64,000 nt of DNA from Vicugna vicugna (GCA_013265495.1 MU059330.1:13959980-14023979); one strand, 5' to 3'; positions 35,531 through 48,699 are shown, numbered from the stretch's first letter. Notes: generated from the sequence alone by a model not told the origin. Made by a program: numbers and translations.

Positions 35531-36969
35531 GCAGCCCAACGGAGAGAGCCCCCGACTGTGCCCACAGCCTCTCTGAAGCCCCTCTTAGCCCCCATCATGC
35601 CCCACTCCTGCAACCACGCAGGACGCACGTGTCCCAGGCAGAGCCCCTCCGGTGGGAAAGGTCTGGAACTTTCTCTGAAAAGGGAGCTGGGGCTGCCCGT
35701 CGAGGGAGGGACCTGCTGGTATTCATGCATCTTGGGGCCTGTGGGCGGGGCGCACTGGGACGCTCAGGAGCTGCCCAGGCACAAACACCTATGCAGGTAC
35801 AGGAACCCGGCCTCCAAGAAGGTCCAGAGGCAGAGGAGGACTTCACCTCGGTGGCCGCAGCCCAAGGCGTGGCGCCGGCCTCAGTGCTGCTTGGCCGCTG
35901 AGCTCCCCCCGTCTGGGGCACGGGCCCAACCTCGGCCCGACCTCCCGAGCGTCCTGCTTCCCTGGGACTTCTCACACCGCCCCCTGCAGAGTCTCCTGCT
36001 GAAACGTCGGGACAGGCCACTGGTCTGGGACGATGTGCTGAGAGGCCGCCCCGAGGTCGCAAGGCTGAGGGAGAAGGCCCCCAAAGAGCCTCTCTGGGGC
36101 CCCGGGGCAGAGCGGGACTGCCATCCTCTTCACCCCGTAAGTTAGGGCCTGCCCGCATCCCGTTTTTCAGTCTTCCCACCGGCAGCATCAGACTCCTACG
36201 AGGAGCTGCGGGAGGTGCCCCAGAGGCCCGTGGCCGGGCGAGGAGGCGGGCGTCCTGCAGGACAGCCACGTGCCAGGCCTTAGCCGGGGCAGGGGGACCA
36301 CGCTGCAGTAATGGCAAGGGTCCCTGTCTCACCACGTCACTGCTGGGCACAGGCCAGGGGCCAGGGGCCTCCCCACCCAACCCCGGAGCCTGTGGCCTCC
36401 AGGTCACAGAGCGGAGGCAGGAGATGAAGGTGGCGCTCCAGGAGCCTTGTGTCCCAGGTCACGCAGAACTGCTGACACAGCCCTCTCCTCCCCGCGGCAG
36501 GCCTGGCAGGTGTGTGAGCACAGACAGTCCCGGCCGAGGGGCCTGGACCAGCCTGGGGGTGAGGCCGCAGGTGGCGGAAACTGCTTCCCTGAGAGGGCAG
36601 GGGACTTGGGGACCGGCCTGGTTGGGGACTTCAGAGTAGGCCAAGGGGGACTGAATGTCCCGGGCGCTGGTGGACGTGGGTGGGGAGTGGAGGCCCAGTG
36701 AGCTCCCTCCACCAGAGCACCTGCCTGCTCGTGGGGCGATTTGCACCTCACTCCTGCTCACCTCACCACAGCCTTGGCGGCCCTGCCCTTTGCTCTGCGG
36801 GTGAGGACGTGACCCTGCACGGCCAGTTCCTCCCAGAGCCCGGACCTGAGGCAGGTCCATCCCGGCCATTTGCAGCGTGGGCTCCCTGTCATCCAAGAAA
36901 CAGATTTAGAAGTGGCCTCTAAACCGTGTGAAGAGGGAGTGTGTCTGCAGGGCCCCTGGGGAAGCGGGG

Positions 36970-37390
36970 CATGGAGATGAGTCCGCGTCCTGAGGTTCAT
37001 TGTGAGGAACTGACCCACGTGATTACGGAGCTGGCTAGTCCCAGGCTCGGCGGGCAGCGTGCTGGAGGCCGGGGGAGCTGCTGGAGTGAGCACCAGCCCG
37101 AAGGCCACCAGCTGAGACCTGGGAAGGCCTGAAGTTTCAGTTCAAGTCCAAAGGCTGCAAAAGACCAACGCCCCAGCTCAGACCGTCAAGGGGGGGTGTG
37201 CCTCCTACTTTCTGTCCTCTTTAGGCCTTCAACTGATCGGATGAGGCCCACCACACTGGGGAGGGCCGTCTGCTTCTCTGTCCACTGATTCAAACACTCA
37301 TCATATCCAGACACACCCAGAAGTGCGTTTGGCCAGGCGGCTGGGCACCCCAGGGCCCAGCCAAGTTGGCACATAAAATCTGCCAACACA
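36970..37390 (-). mobile_element. ERVL solo LTR (MLT2-like)
   Basis: 'gaggaactgacccacgtgattacggagctg', 'ccttcaactgatcggatgaggcccacc' and terminal 'ccaagttggcacataaaatctgccaacaca' match the reverse complement of MLT2. Confidence 0.85.
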
Positions 37391-37770
37391 GGGGGCTTCT
37401 CTTCCCCCTTCCAGTGCAGATTTCTAAATGGCTTTTATGAAAAAACACCTCTCAACTAACAGAGGAATTGTCCTCCTAAACAGGGTCTTTCATGACTCTG
37501 GGGTGACTGCGACGAAGAGACCGTGTCCCCGCTCCGTGCTGAATAGCAGTCTCCACTCCCTCACGAAACGCGAACACCAAGCAGAAAGCCTGGGGGTTAC
37601 TGGTGGTGCCGCTGGGCGCCCTCCCCGAGGCGGGCGGCGGGTCAGGAGGGCGGCGGGGGCCACCACGAGGTGTGGGGCCGGGAGGAGGTGGGTCTCAACT
37701 CGCCTACACACCCGCCTCTTGGTTGAATCAGCTGTTTGTTGTGAAAAATAACCTCCCTAAGAAATTCTTC

Positions 37771-38213
37771 TGTGAAATAAAACTTGGATTTTTGTGGCAA
37801 GACGTGAAAAATTTAAACACAGAAAAAATTTCTCTGTCCCTTTCGGCCTCCCCTCCCCACCCTGCACATCGCGAGTCTGTGTCTCACATGGACACACGCC
37901 ACGAGGTCCAGCGTTCTCCCGGCACCAGCAGGGCCACTCCTTCGCGGGTAACACTCCGCCCTGATGTTGGGAGGGGCCGCGACGCCCCCCCGCTGCACTT
38001 GCAGACCTGCGCTGTGCAGACGGTCTACGCCATTTGACGCCCAGCCCTCCGTCCAAAGCCTGGATGGCTGTGCATTGACCTCGCGACGGCACAGCAGTTC
38101 CTGGAGCTTCCTGAGCGGCGGTTCCCAGGCGAGAATCCTCAATCTGACTCGAGTAAAACTCTCAGTTTCTCTCCTAAGTGGACCGATTCTTCCTCTTACG
38201 CTTGCCTTGACCA
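37771..38213 (+). mobile_element. ERV1-type solo LTR, family X copy 1
   Basis: TG...CA ends; shares 'gaaaaattta(a/g)aca', 'ctctg.cc..tcggcc', 'tctcccggc' with the copies at 52996 and 56878. TSD candidate cttc/tttc. Confidence 0.75.
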
Positions 38214-38999
38214 TTTCCTACCATTTTCGTGGCTGTTCTGTTAGAAGAGATTGTATTTGTTCTTCTGGTGCCATTTATTTAGTAAATAAAGAAAGTAAAA
38301 TTATATAAGGACAACGAAGTCTAATAGCAATGTCCACAATCAGCATTTACTGTCATTATACAAGACAACTCAGCTGCAGTGCATCAGTCAAAGGGGCAGA
38401 AAACCTGGGCCAGGCCGCGGAAGCTGCCCGGCTGAGAGCTGGTCGGGTGGGGCCGTCCGCGGCCCGGGCCCCGTCTCTCTCCCCGTCCCCTCCCACGAGC
38501 CGCCTTGAAAGTCTGTTCTGAACAGAAGACACTGAGTCTGGCTTCCAGGGATGAACGACTAAAGGTCAGACGCTGCACGAAAACGGGGCTGCAGGAGGCA
38601 GAACCCTCTCCAAGACGTTCAGCCAAAGCGTGTTTTGTGCCAGCAAAACCCTGAACAGGACGGTGCGGCAAGAGCCAGCTGGTCACAAAACCCAAGCGGC
38701 CAGCACGTGGGGGGTCCAAACACAAGGAGGTAGGCAAACAAACGTAAGGAGGAGCCGAGCTGCTGGTCGCGGCAGGGATGGGCAACCCCCCCCACTGCCT
38801 CCCGGGGTCACCGAAGGGCCTCGAGGATCAGGAACGCTGACTGTGAGCCCCTCAACCACTGAAACTCCAGAGACAGGGGACCAGAGGACAGGGTGTGGGC
38901 CTCAAACTACAAAGCCGCATGGCAACGCCTCAGGCTGACCTCAGTGGGTGGCCACTCAGTGTGGGAGTCAGCGCCTCGGTCCTTGCAGAGAGGACACGT

Positions 39000-39095
39000 G
39001 GGGCGGAGGGCGTAGCTTGGGGATAGAGCACGCGCTTAGCGTGCACGAGGTCCCGTGTTCAATCCCCAGCACCTCCATTACATAAAATCTCCAAA
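39000..39095 (+). mobile_element. Camelid tRNA-derived SINE, copy C
   Basis: GGGGCGGAGGGCGTAGCTTGGGGATAGAGCACGCGCTTAGCGTGCACGAGGTCCCGTGTTCAATCCCCAGCACCTCC plus a short 'taaaatctc' tail. Confidence 0.88.
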
Positions 39096-40137
39096 GAGTG
39101 ACATGCAGGCGGCCAGCAGCCCTGTGGGAAGGTGATCCACATCGCTGACCTTCAGGGAAATGCAAAAGAAAACCACAGTGACAGTCACCTCAGCCCGTCA
39201 GAACGGCTGAAGTCTGGGCTCTTGGGCGTCTTCCCTCTGACCTGCTCCGCCCCCGGGCCATGTCTGCCATGTCACCTTCTGGGATCCCCCTCCTCTGCTC
39301 ACCACGGACCCAGGATGAGGGTGGTCGGGCTGCCGGGCTTAGAGCTGCGTCCAGCAGGCAGGCGTCAGTCAGCGCCGGCAGAGCGTCCGACGGTCAGGAC
39401 TGAGGATGCGCTTCTTTTCATAAATTCGCATAACAGCCTCTGGGGCATGAGGACTATCACCTCGGATTTGCACACTGAGGTTTGTCTGAAATGCTTAGAG
39501 CCCTTTACGGGCTTCTCACAAAGGAAGGGGTTCTGCTTCAGGACACACAGGGACCATCTCTGGAGAAGTCTTGCCAAGAAGGTCTATGGGGAGAGCTGAG
39601 ACAGCAGGACGGGGGCCCGACGGCCATCAATCCAGACCGGCCTGAGGTCCCAGAACCGGGGGAGGAGGTTTAAACACCAGGAGGGCCAGGGAGGGGGTAC
39701 GAGCGAGGACAGCCTGGCTGAGCCCCTGCGGGGGTGGAGAGGGCAGGGCAGGGCTGGGCACCCTGCCGAGGCTCCATTTCCCTTACAGCTTAAAGCACAG
39801 GTCCTCCCCGCCCCCCGCCCCACGACTCTGACCGTAACACGTCAGCGAAAATTCTGAAAGAATTTGAAACAGCAGATGCCACACTCCTGTGCCCTAACCC
39901 TGCGTACTCTGCCCCTTTCTTTGTTCTGGAATAGTTTTGCAGCTCCGTGGGCGTGGAAAACCGACAGCAATGCAGACAGGCGTGTCTGGGGAGGGCGCAC
40001 CTGGTAGCTGGATACTGGCCGGGTTTTCCTCTTGTGATGAACGTCCCGGCATTCCTGACTGAATTCTCCCTTGAACCAGCCTTTAACACCTTAAGGTTTT
40101 TAAACTCTACACGGTTTAAAACCCATGTCTTTAAAAG

Positions 40138-40490
40138 AAATTAATTGAAGTGCAGTTGATTTGCAATGTCAGCTTCAGGCGCAAGCAAAGTGGTTCAGTT
40201 ACACATAGACTCACGTGTGTATTTTTCGGGTTCTTTCCCATTACGTGTCGTTACAAGGTGTTGGGTGCAGTTCCCCGCGCTGCACAGCAGGCCCCTGTTG
40301 TTTATCTGTTTTACACACAGTAGTGTGTGTCTGCTAATCCCAAAATCCTAACCTAACCCTCCCCGCCCTCTCCCCTGTGGTGACCATAGCTTGTTTCCTA
40401 TGGCTGTGGGCCTGTTTCTGGTTTGTAAGTAGAAGTTATATCTTTCTTTTTAGATTCCACATGTACGTAATATCGTATGAAATTTGCCTT
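40138..40490 (-). mobile_element. Artiodactyl/camelid L1 3' end
   Basis: 'ttaattgaagtgcagttgatttgcaatgt', 'ctgctaatccca' and 'tttttagattccacatgta' match the antisense L1 3' UTR. Confidence 0.88.
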
Positions 40491-41872
40491 TTTAAATATC
40501 CTTTAAATGATTCTTTAAACGTATCTTTTAACATGCCCTTTACTGCACACAGTTCTGGACAAATTAGAACCAAGACGAGGCAGTGACAGCCTGCCAAGCC
40601 CCTGACAAAGGCGGGGTTGAAGGAAGAAGCCTAGAGGGGTGAGAACCTGGGCTTCCGAACGTCGGACGCGGCAGCCAAGCCCTGCCTGGTTAACCATACC
40701 TGTGCTGACCCAGCAGCCCCCCAGGAGCGGGGTCTGGGGCTCCACTTCCCGAGAAGACCCCCCACCCAGAGCAGACAGCGCGGAGCCGAGGTGGGTGTCC
40801 TTTCCCATCCCACCTGCCGGCCACGCCCCTCCCGGCCCCCCCGGAGGGAGCCCCATCCCCGGGGCCCCATCCCCCGGAGCCTGGCACGGGGGACGTTCCC
40901 TGCGGACGTGAGAGTTGCCCCCCTAACCCCCAGCAGTGGAGGGGAGAGGAGGACAGACGGACACTTGAGGGTGGGGACTCGCCTAACTGTCCGACTGAGA
41001 GTGGGGAGGCCACTGCGTTCGGTGGGCGGGGCCGGGCTCTGCTAACCGCTGCCCAGGATGCAGGTTTGGTCCCTCAAGATCCGCTGGGAGCCAGTCTCAC
41101 GCAGGAAGGCCCAGGCCTAGGTCTTGCTCGGGTGGAACGCCCTTTGGGCTGCCTCCTCGGTGGGGGCAAGACTCACAAAGACAGAAGCCGGGGGTAGCTA
41201 ACAGGGACTTGGTCCCCCAAGGCCGACATGTGTGCCTGGGACCCTCCGCTTCCCGCAGGGACGCTGCCCAGGTCGGGGTGGGGACCACACCGGACGTGGA
41301 AGACGCGCCGGCACAGGCACGACACCAGTGCAGCCGCCTGTCCTTCTCCTAATGGTCAAGGCACGGCCGGACGAGTCGGGGGCCTGCAGGGCCGGTCCCC
41401 CATCAGCTGCGCTGAACAGCCGCAAGGAGCTTAGCCTCTCTGGGACTGGTCCTCAGAGCCCGGACTCCTGCCAGGCAGAAGGGACATGTCCACGCTCCCC
41501 GCCCTCCCGAGGGCCTGCAGGAGAGCTCAGTGCCAGGGGAGGCATGTGAGCCCAGCCCAGTGCCCACCTAGCATCCTCCCGCCTCTTCCCCAAGAGGGGC
41601 CCTTGAAGTCCCCTGTCACGTGCAGGGGACCGGCTCCCACTTGGAGCCAAACCTGGGCGTGGTCCGTCCCCACAGTCAGGCACACGACCTCGGCAGCCCA
41701 TCCGACACGGCCAACCCCACAGGGCACGGGGCTCCAGGCAGCTTCCTTAGCGGGAAGGCCGCTCAGACTGAATCCGCAGCAGGCCAGCTACGCCGGACAG
41801 GGCGGGAGCGCTGGGCGCTGAGTGCCCTGGACACACAGGCTCTGGCTGCCGAAGAACTCCGAGTCTTCAGGT

Positions 41873-42182
41873 TGTTGCAAGTCCATTCGGACCGCTACCA
41901 CAAAGCGCCACAGAGGTTCTGGGGGCTGGAGGTCCAAGGTCAGGGTGCCAAACTGGCTGTCTGGGGCCCTCTCCTGAGATGAGGACTTCCGGCTGGGTCC
42001 TCACATGGCAGAAAGGTCATGGGCGCTCCGTGAGCCTCTCTTGTGTGACTAGTCCCATCCTGAGGGCCCCACCCACACGACCCCCTCACCTCCCAAAGGC
42101 TCTGCCTCCAGACACCGTCACTCTGGGCCCCAGGTTTCAAAAATGAGTTTTGAAGGGACACAAGCAGTCAGAGTCACCAGCA
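41873..42182 (-). mobile_element. MaLR solo LTR (MLT1A/B-like)
   Basis: 'agtccattcggaccgctaccacaaagcgccacag', 'ctggaggtccaaggtcagggtgcca' and 'gtcctcacatggcagaa' match antisense MLT1. Confidence 0.82.
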
Positions 42183-42439
42183 GTGGAAGAAAGGCCAGGT
42201 CCCCGAGGGCCCCAGCCCCCCAGCCCGGCACTTTCCCACCAGGGAGCTGGCCTCTGGGCAGACGCGGGCCCACGGCTGCAGAGGGTGGGGGTGAGGAGAA
42301 ACAGGGGCCCTCCACTGAGCCGGCTGGGGAGCCAGAGGGACTTCTGTCGGGGCTGGAAGCTCCCCGCCCTCCTCTGCTGACGCGCCGGCTTGCCGCCCTC
42401 TGTCCCGGCCTCCCAGAGCCCCGCGGCCCCGAGCCCTCC

Positions 42440-42900
42440 ACGCAGCTTCCTTATTTCCCTCCCTTTGTTTCTCTCATTCACTTTGGATGTTTCCTCCTGG
42501 CCTGTTTTCCAGTTCAGAATTCTCTTTTCAGCTACATTTAAATTCTTGTTAAACCCGCTCATGCAGCTTTTAAATCTTGCTTATTAACTGTTCTTTTTAG
42601 TTTTTGAATTTCCTTGTTGGGATTTTTAATTCTCTGCTGAAATTCCTAAGTAGTCTTTTGGTCTTTTCATCCTGAACAAGGCCGTGAAGGTCATTCTGAG
42701 GAACGCCTGTGGGAAGCCCTGTGCCTGGAGCGCTCGTGCTGATGCTCCACGGTGTCGCTTCTCCCGCTCACACACGCTGCCGCCTCTCCGTGCGGCCCTG
42801 GCTGCTTCTTTATTTTCTGCCTGACGTACTGTTTGCAGTGATTTGGGAGGAAGATTTGAGACCAGGACGGCGTCGTGCTCCTCCAGAGAAAATGTGAGCC
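42440..42900 (-). mobile_element. Old L1M ORF1-region relic, antisense
   Basis: T-rich 'ttcagctacatttaaattcttgttaaacccgctcatgcagcttttaaatc...ttctctgctgaaattc' resembles the same L1M antisense segment seen at ~10550-10650. Confidence 0.55.
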
Positions 42901-44588
42901 TGAAGGTCCAGCAGCTGGCATCTGACGTGATTCGGCTTTGTCCCCACTCACGGCATCCCCGGAGCGACGTCGCGGGTGTGGAGGCTCGGGGCTGCAGGCG
43001 GCTCTTCCCGACACTTCGCCGACTGCTGCGGGCCCGCAGACGTCAGGTCAGTAGCAAGGCCCCGTGCTGTCACGCACTGGCGTGAGAAGGCATGTTGGGG
43101 ACGGCTTAGGTGCACCTGGTGCCTGGCGTGCTGGCGTCACATGGGACTGGCCCACTCTCCGTGGTGGGGCAGCCGCGTTTGGGGGTATCCATGCACCAGA
43201 GCGCCAGGCGGAAGTGAGGAAAGCTGGGGGGGGCCTTGCCCTAAGAAAGGAGCAACCTTGTGGCCAACCCGCCCTCCGCACAGGGAGAGAACGCTCCTCT
43301 GGGGGAGGTGGGGGCCAGCCCCTGTTGAGCCCACTTGGCTCCACAGTGTTTGACACAGTGTGTGACCCCGTGTGCCACCAGCCTAATTAAAGACCCTCAG
43401 CCCTTACCTGGGCGAACTCTCCAGGCTTCGTGGACACTTTGGGGGCTGGCAGCTCCCCCTTGCCCGCCCAGGCTGGTGCACACTGGGCGGAGGGCCCACC
43501 AACAGGGCAAGCCGAGCTTTCCTCACCCGTAAAACCGTCAGAGCCGTCCAGCCTCCGAAGCGTCCCCTCGTGCCGATGAAGAACTGTCCCTGAGGCGGCA
43601 CCTGCATGGCCCTCGCAGGGTTCATGCCAGCAGCTGGGACGTCCCGTGAAGGGTCTCCTGAGACACGGCCACCCCCCTTGACTACAGAGGCAGACTGTCG
43701 TTCGTAAAACTGCCTCTGCTTCAAAGGCCCCAAGAGTTTACACAGTCTAATTCCTTATTCTTTCTTCTGATCTTTTTTAGAGGTAATCAGAAGAGCCCAC
43801 TAGGTTTACAAAGACAGATGCCCCTTGGAGAAGTACAGAGAATCCAACACAGAGAACCTGTAGGCCGTCTCAGTGACCGACCGCGACCGCGCGACGAAAC
43901 GCAGGCAGTGGACCACCCCCCGACCACACTTAGTGCCGGTTAAACTTCACAGACGTCTTAAATGCTTCGTAAACAGCTTATGTAGCGCTTTTCCCGTGGT
44001 CTTGTACATATGGTAATGATTAAGTGAGTGCAAGTAACCGAGAAAATGGGCAGATAATTTAGAAAATGATTTGCTACCGTATCAGTTCTTGCTAAAAGGC
44101 AATGTTTCTCCTCCCTTCTTTTGAGATGGTCCTGACTTTGCTCGGCCCACCATGCGCTGTGCAGTCACATGGAGCTCTCAGCTGCCCGAGGAGTCAAGGA
44201 CGCCCCAGCACTGGGGAGAGGGGGTTCTGCCCTGTCCTCCGCCCAGCCTGCAGTCCCTGCCCCCCAGACAGCTTCACACAGAAGCCACGTGGCCAGAACT
44301 GATTCCTCACTGTCCCCGGAGAGGCCTGAGGACTGTGGCCCACCAGCCCCACACCCTATTCTGCTGGGCACCGAGGAGGTGAGGTTTCAGGCACGTGTTC
44401 GGCCGCCCCCCTATCCCGCCCCGCCTCACTCCTGTCTTCCCAGCTCCTTCCCCCAGGCCCCACCCTGGCGACTCTTCAGTCCATCCCAACCCCAACTCGC
44501 CACCCCTATGGCTGCTTCACTGTTCAGCCTCCTCCCCTGCCCCTGCCAGGAAGGCCCACTGGGGCATTTGAGGTTCCAGGGCAGCTGT

Positions 44589-44817
44589 GCCAGGACGCCT
44601 GTGCAGGACGGTGCCCACATGGCTGGGGCCAGGACACCTGTGCAGGACGGTGCCCACGTGGCTGGGGCCAGGACACTTGTGCAGGACGGTGCCCACGTGG
44701 CTGGGGCCAGGACACCTTTGCAGGATGGTGGCCAGGGCAGGGGCCAGGACACCTGTGCAGGACGGTGCCCACGTGGCTGGGGCCAGGACAGCTGTACAGG
44801 ATGGTGGCCAGGGCAGG
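44589..44817. repeat. Minisatellite: 39-bp A unit and 37-bp B unit arranged A-A-A-B-A-B
   Basis: A = gccaggacacctgtgcaggacggtgcccacgtggctggg (starts 44589, 44628, 44667, 44743). B = gccaggacacctttgcaggatggtggccagggcaggg (starts 44706, 44782). Confidence 0.95.
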
Positions 44818-46190
44818 AGCCTGGGACACCCAGTCACAGCGACCTGAGGCTGCAGGGTCGTGTTCACACCGGCTTCAAGGGTCAGCCCTACCCGTGTGGG
44901 GTGATTTCAGGGCCTGAATATGGGGCGAGGATATTACAGTGCCCCCCGAGGAGGATGCAGATCGTAGCTGTGGTTCCATTTTGTGGAGTTTGAGCTCAGG
45001 CAGACTACCTTCAGTGATGGCGTTGCAGGAGCTCTGCCCCCACGGGTGGTGTTTCCCGGGGCGAGGGGGGCATCTGTGTCTGCCACTGTGTGACTGCAGG
45101 CCTGGGCTCTGTGGGTGGCTGCGCATCCACACGACACGAGATTGGAACACACAGCCTGGTAAACGTCATCACGGTGCCTGGAAGTCGAGGGCCGGGGCGC
45201 CAAGACAGGAACACATGGACCTTTGGGCAGCATGAGGAGGGGTTCATTCGAGCCAGGGAGACTGGACACCAGGCTGTGAGCTCAGCCACCCTCTAGGCAA
45301 ATGGCCTTTAGGGAGGCCACGTTGGGAGGCCCTGAGACCACCCAGAGGGAGCGAGGGGCTGGCCAGCCGCCAGCTGCTCCACATTCTGACACCCCATCTT
45401 GCAGCTCAGCCAACACCCGACCCCACCCAAGACCCTCCCAGGAAAACCCAGAACCTTCTGGAATTCCAGACCCAAAATCCACAAGCACCAAGATAGGTTG
45501 TTAAAGCCCCAGGTCTAACACGACTGACACGGCTGAGTGAAACCCAAGTGCATTCATGGCGTCTTCTGTTGTGAGAAGCATCATGAGGCTGCTCTGGATC
45601 CAGTCAGGGCCCAGCGAGGCCGTCCCTACAGCTCAGAGGGGAAGAACGCCTCCCACACCTGTCAGACAGGTGTCGGCGGTGACAGAAATGAGCGGCCTGG
45701 GAGCCTCAGAAGCTGCCTGCAGACCCCCCGCTCTCAGTCGGGGGCTCCTGGCTCAGCCGTCTCACCCGAGATCAGTGCGCTCGGGAAGCAGCCCAGGTGC
45801 CCCGGCTGAGCCAGGACCCCGAGGGGCAGGCGGCAGGCACAGCCCGAGCTCACATCGAGGACAGGGACAGGGAGGGACAGGGACGGAAGTGAGACCGCAA
45901 TGGGTCACGGGGAGGCGGGGCTCCTGAGCCCAGAGCAGAGGGTCAGAGGAGACCCGGGGACGGGCCTGGCCAGTGGGCGGTGGGGGTGGGGGACGGGCCG
46001 CAGCTTCCTGAATTTGGCGTGTGGTTCTGAGGACCCCAGAGTGCTGCCCGCACGCCCATGTGTCGCTGCAGGTGGGGGCCCCAGGCTAAGTGAGCACAGG
46101 ACCGTGGGGCTCACCCTGCCTGGGGGGGCCGCTGGCTGTCCTGAGTGGTCACCTTCCTGGGGCTGGCAGGCTCCCTGCAGGAGGAGGGTC

Positions 46191-46585
46191 TGAGTGTTCA
46201 AGGGTGGCCACAGCAAGTCGCCACACCTGCTGTCTCCAAACAACAGAAACGTGTCACCCCCCAGATCTGGAGGCCGAAGTCCAACGTGGCGGTCCCCTCC
46301 CTCCAGAGGCCTGGAAAGACACTCCTGCCTCTTCCTGCTGGTGGCCCGTCACCCCAGCCCCGGCCTCCATCTTCACGGGCCCCCGCCCCCCACTCAGTGC
46401 GTCTCTAATCCCCTCTGCCTCTCTCCCAGGGACACCGGGGACGCCTGTAGGCCAACCCCTTCATCCAGGATAATCTCCTCAACCAGGATCTGTAACTTGA
46501 TCACATCTGCTGAACCATATTTCTCCTTCTGGAAGGTCACATTCACAGGTGCCGGGGACCAGGATCTTCCCCAGAGCCACGGGGA
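46191..46585 (-). mobile_element. MaLR solo LTR (MLT1C/D-like)
   Basis: 'aaacaacagaaacgt', 'tctggaggccgaagtccaa', 'catccaggataatctcctc', 'taacttgatcacatctgc' and 'aaggtcacattcacagg' match antisense MLT1. Confidence 0.85.
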
Positions 46586-48224
46586 GGACGCCGGCTGGTC
46601 TGATGGGAGGCTGGAGAGCAATGTTCAGGAAGTGGGCACCAGGGGGAGGCAGACCAGGTGCAGGCATCCTGCACGGGCCACCGGACCCAGGGAGCCGCCC
46701 GTGACCTGACCGCCCTCCCTGGAACGGACTCTGCTCCGCCCTGGACTCTCGGCGTGTGTGGTGGGCTGAGGGGCCTGATGCCTGGAACCTTCATGATGGG
46801 AGGCCCAGGTGGGGCTCCCTGGCCACGTACAGGTGGAGCCCAGTTCTCAGACAACACCGCAGGGCACAGGCTAGGGCTGTGGGGCAGGTGGCACAGCTCC
46901 CCTCAGTGGAGGGAGCAAAAGCCTGGGGCGTAGAGGCACAGGGCACTGGCTGCGGGCCGGCCCGCAGCGGGCAAGCGGCTGGCGAAGGAGAGCGTTTGGG
47001 GAGCTGACCCGCCACCACCAGGTCTTTTCTCGGGAGGGGGAAGGAAAGGGTCTGTGACAGAGCCAGGTGTCCAGCAACGTGCGTCCCTCCTTGCTCCCTG
47101 TAAGAGAGTCCTGGACTCTGAGCTGGGACACCGCTTCCAGGAAAGGTTCATTTCCCAGCTTCCCTGCAACTGCATGGCCGCGTGGCCGGGCCACGGCTCA
47201 TGAGCGGAGGGCAGGCTGTGCGCCCCCAGCCAGTGGCGGGGGGGCACCCTTCCTTCCCGTGGGCTGGCTCCGGAGGGACATGAGGGCCGGAGCTAGAAGC
47301 CCAAGTGGACCCACGGAGTGGGGACAGCAGAGACACAGAACAAAGGGGGTGCGTCCCTGCCCGACCACGAGCCACCGCGGCAGCCACCGGGTTTTGTTCG
47401 TACGTCCCTGCTCCTTTCGGCTCCCTGGCCGCTGAGTCTGAGGCAGACTCGCTGCTGCAGGCTCGGCCCTCACCGCCCGTGGGAGACAAGACTTGTCAGC
47501 ACTTTGAATTAAGGTTTTAAACGGCGATGCCACCCACCAGCCTGCAGGCGCCACCGCCCTCCCAACACACACTTTCCTCTGGTTTCCACGCCGTGTCCCA
47601 CGTTGAGCCATCTGCGAGGAGCCCCTCAGGGCACAGCCAGGTGACCTCGGTCCAAAGGGCCGTGGTTAACTAGGCGACGGTGCTGGCCGGACGGGAGCCC
47701 TGACCTGGCCGGGTGCCTGTCCGGGCGAGGCCTGCGGTTGGCCGTGGTGGGCGGGGGTGATGGGCATTGGGTGGGCTTCATTTTGAAGGGCCACTGGTGT
47801 GTGGGCTGCTGTCTCTGAAGCAGTGCCCCGCTTGGGGTCAACAGGGGACCAGCTGGGGATGCTCTTCAGTCTGGGGCCGCTGCAAACCTGAGTCACAGCC
47901 ACGTCTGTGTGGGGGCACGGGGCTCGGGGAAGGAGAGGAATGCTTCCAAGTAAGGAGATTCAACTGCTGTTTTTCAGGAACTCTGGGTGACTTGCGTTCT
48001 GAAGAAAATGAGGCTGTAGCTGCCTAAACTCCCAGAGGCCACCCTGGTTCGAGTGCTGCAGGGCTGAACCTCTGCCCTGTGCCCTCCCTGCTCCCCGTGG
48101 GGGCCGGAGGGGCCACGGGGTGGACTCACACTGTCCCACGGGTTGTGTAGAAGAAGGTGTTTGCTGGCCACAGCCTCATCAACCCGTCTGCCCTCAGCAC
48201 GTGGGGAGCGTGTCCGAGCCAAGA

Positions 48225-48490
48225 GAAAACATTGATTCAGAGCTCAGCAAATAAGGCAATCAATTGAAACAGATTTACTTTCACGGAGAGCCCTTTGAAA
48301 GCACAGAGATTTAAAGTGACGGTTGGTTGCGAAATGCTTGCTTAGGTGATAAGAGTGCATTTAAGTGGAACTGTATTTATAGCATTGTCATGTTTTCAAG
48401 AAAAGTTTTGCGATGTGTGACTGTCAAGTAGTACGTAATTTCATGCATTTGATGGCCAGGTCAGTATAACCAGAATTCAGATCAAAGCCA
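48225..48490. promoter_or_regulatory. AT-rich unique island with FOXA/ONECUT/GATA/TCF motifs, candidate enhancer
   Basis: ATTGATT 48231, AGCAAATA 48246, AATCAAT 48258, CCTTTGAA 48292, TGATAAG 48347, AGATCAAAG 48479. Confidence 0.45.
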
Positions 48491-48699
48491 GCACACCCAC
48501 AGCCCCACCGACCAGCTGTTGCCCGGCCCCATCGGAGACCCTGTCCCCACCCCGACACCACTGGGCGCTTTGCCCAGTTTTGGACTTGCTCTTGGCGGCG
48601 AACAGGACACAGGCTCCTGCCTGGCCTCTGACACGGAGCTCCTGAGATGCGGCTGAATTGGATGTCTTTGTGGTTTGTTTATCGTCCTCACTCATTGGG

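Noticed and set aside
43860-43915. Possible Tigger7/MER44 fragment ('taggccgtctcagtgaccgaccgcgaccgcgcg')
   Set aside because: Similarity is short and from memory, with no TIRs found; too weak to call.
44589-44817. Possible CRISPR-like array
   Set aside because: Units are contiguous with no unique spacers, there are no cas genes, and the context is mammalian.
44169-44993. 274-aa ORF with 13-aa repeats (ARTPVQDGAHVAG)
   Set aside because: Arises from a stop-free minisatellite that is open in several frames on both strands; the 37-bp B units break the repeat frame.
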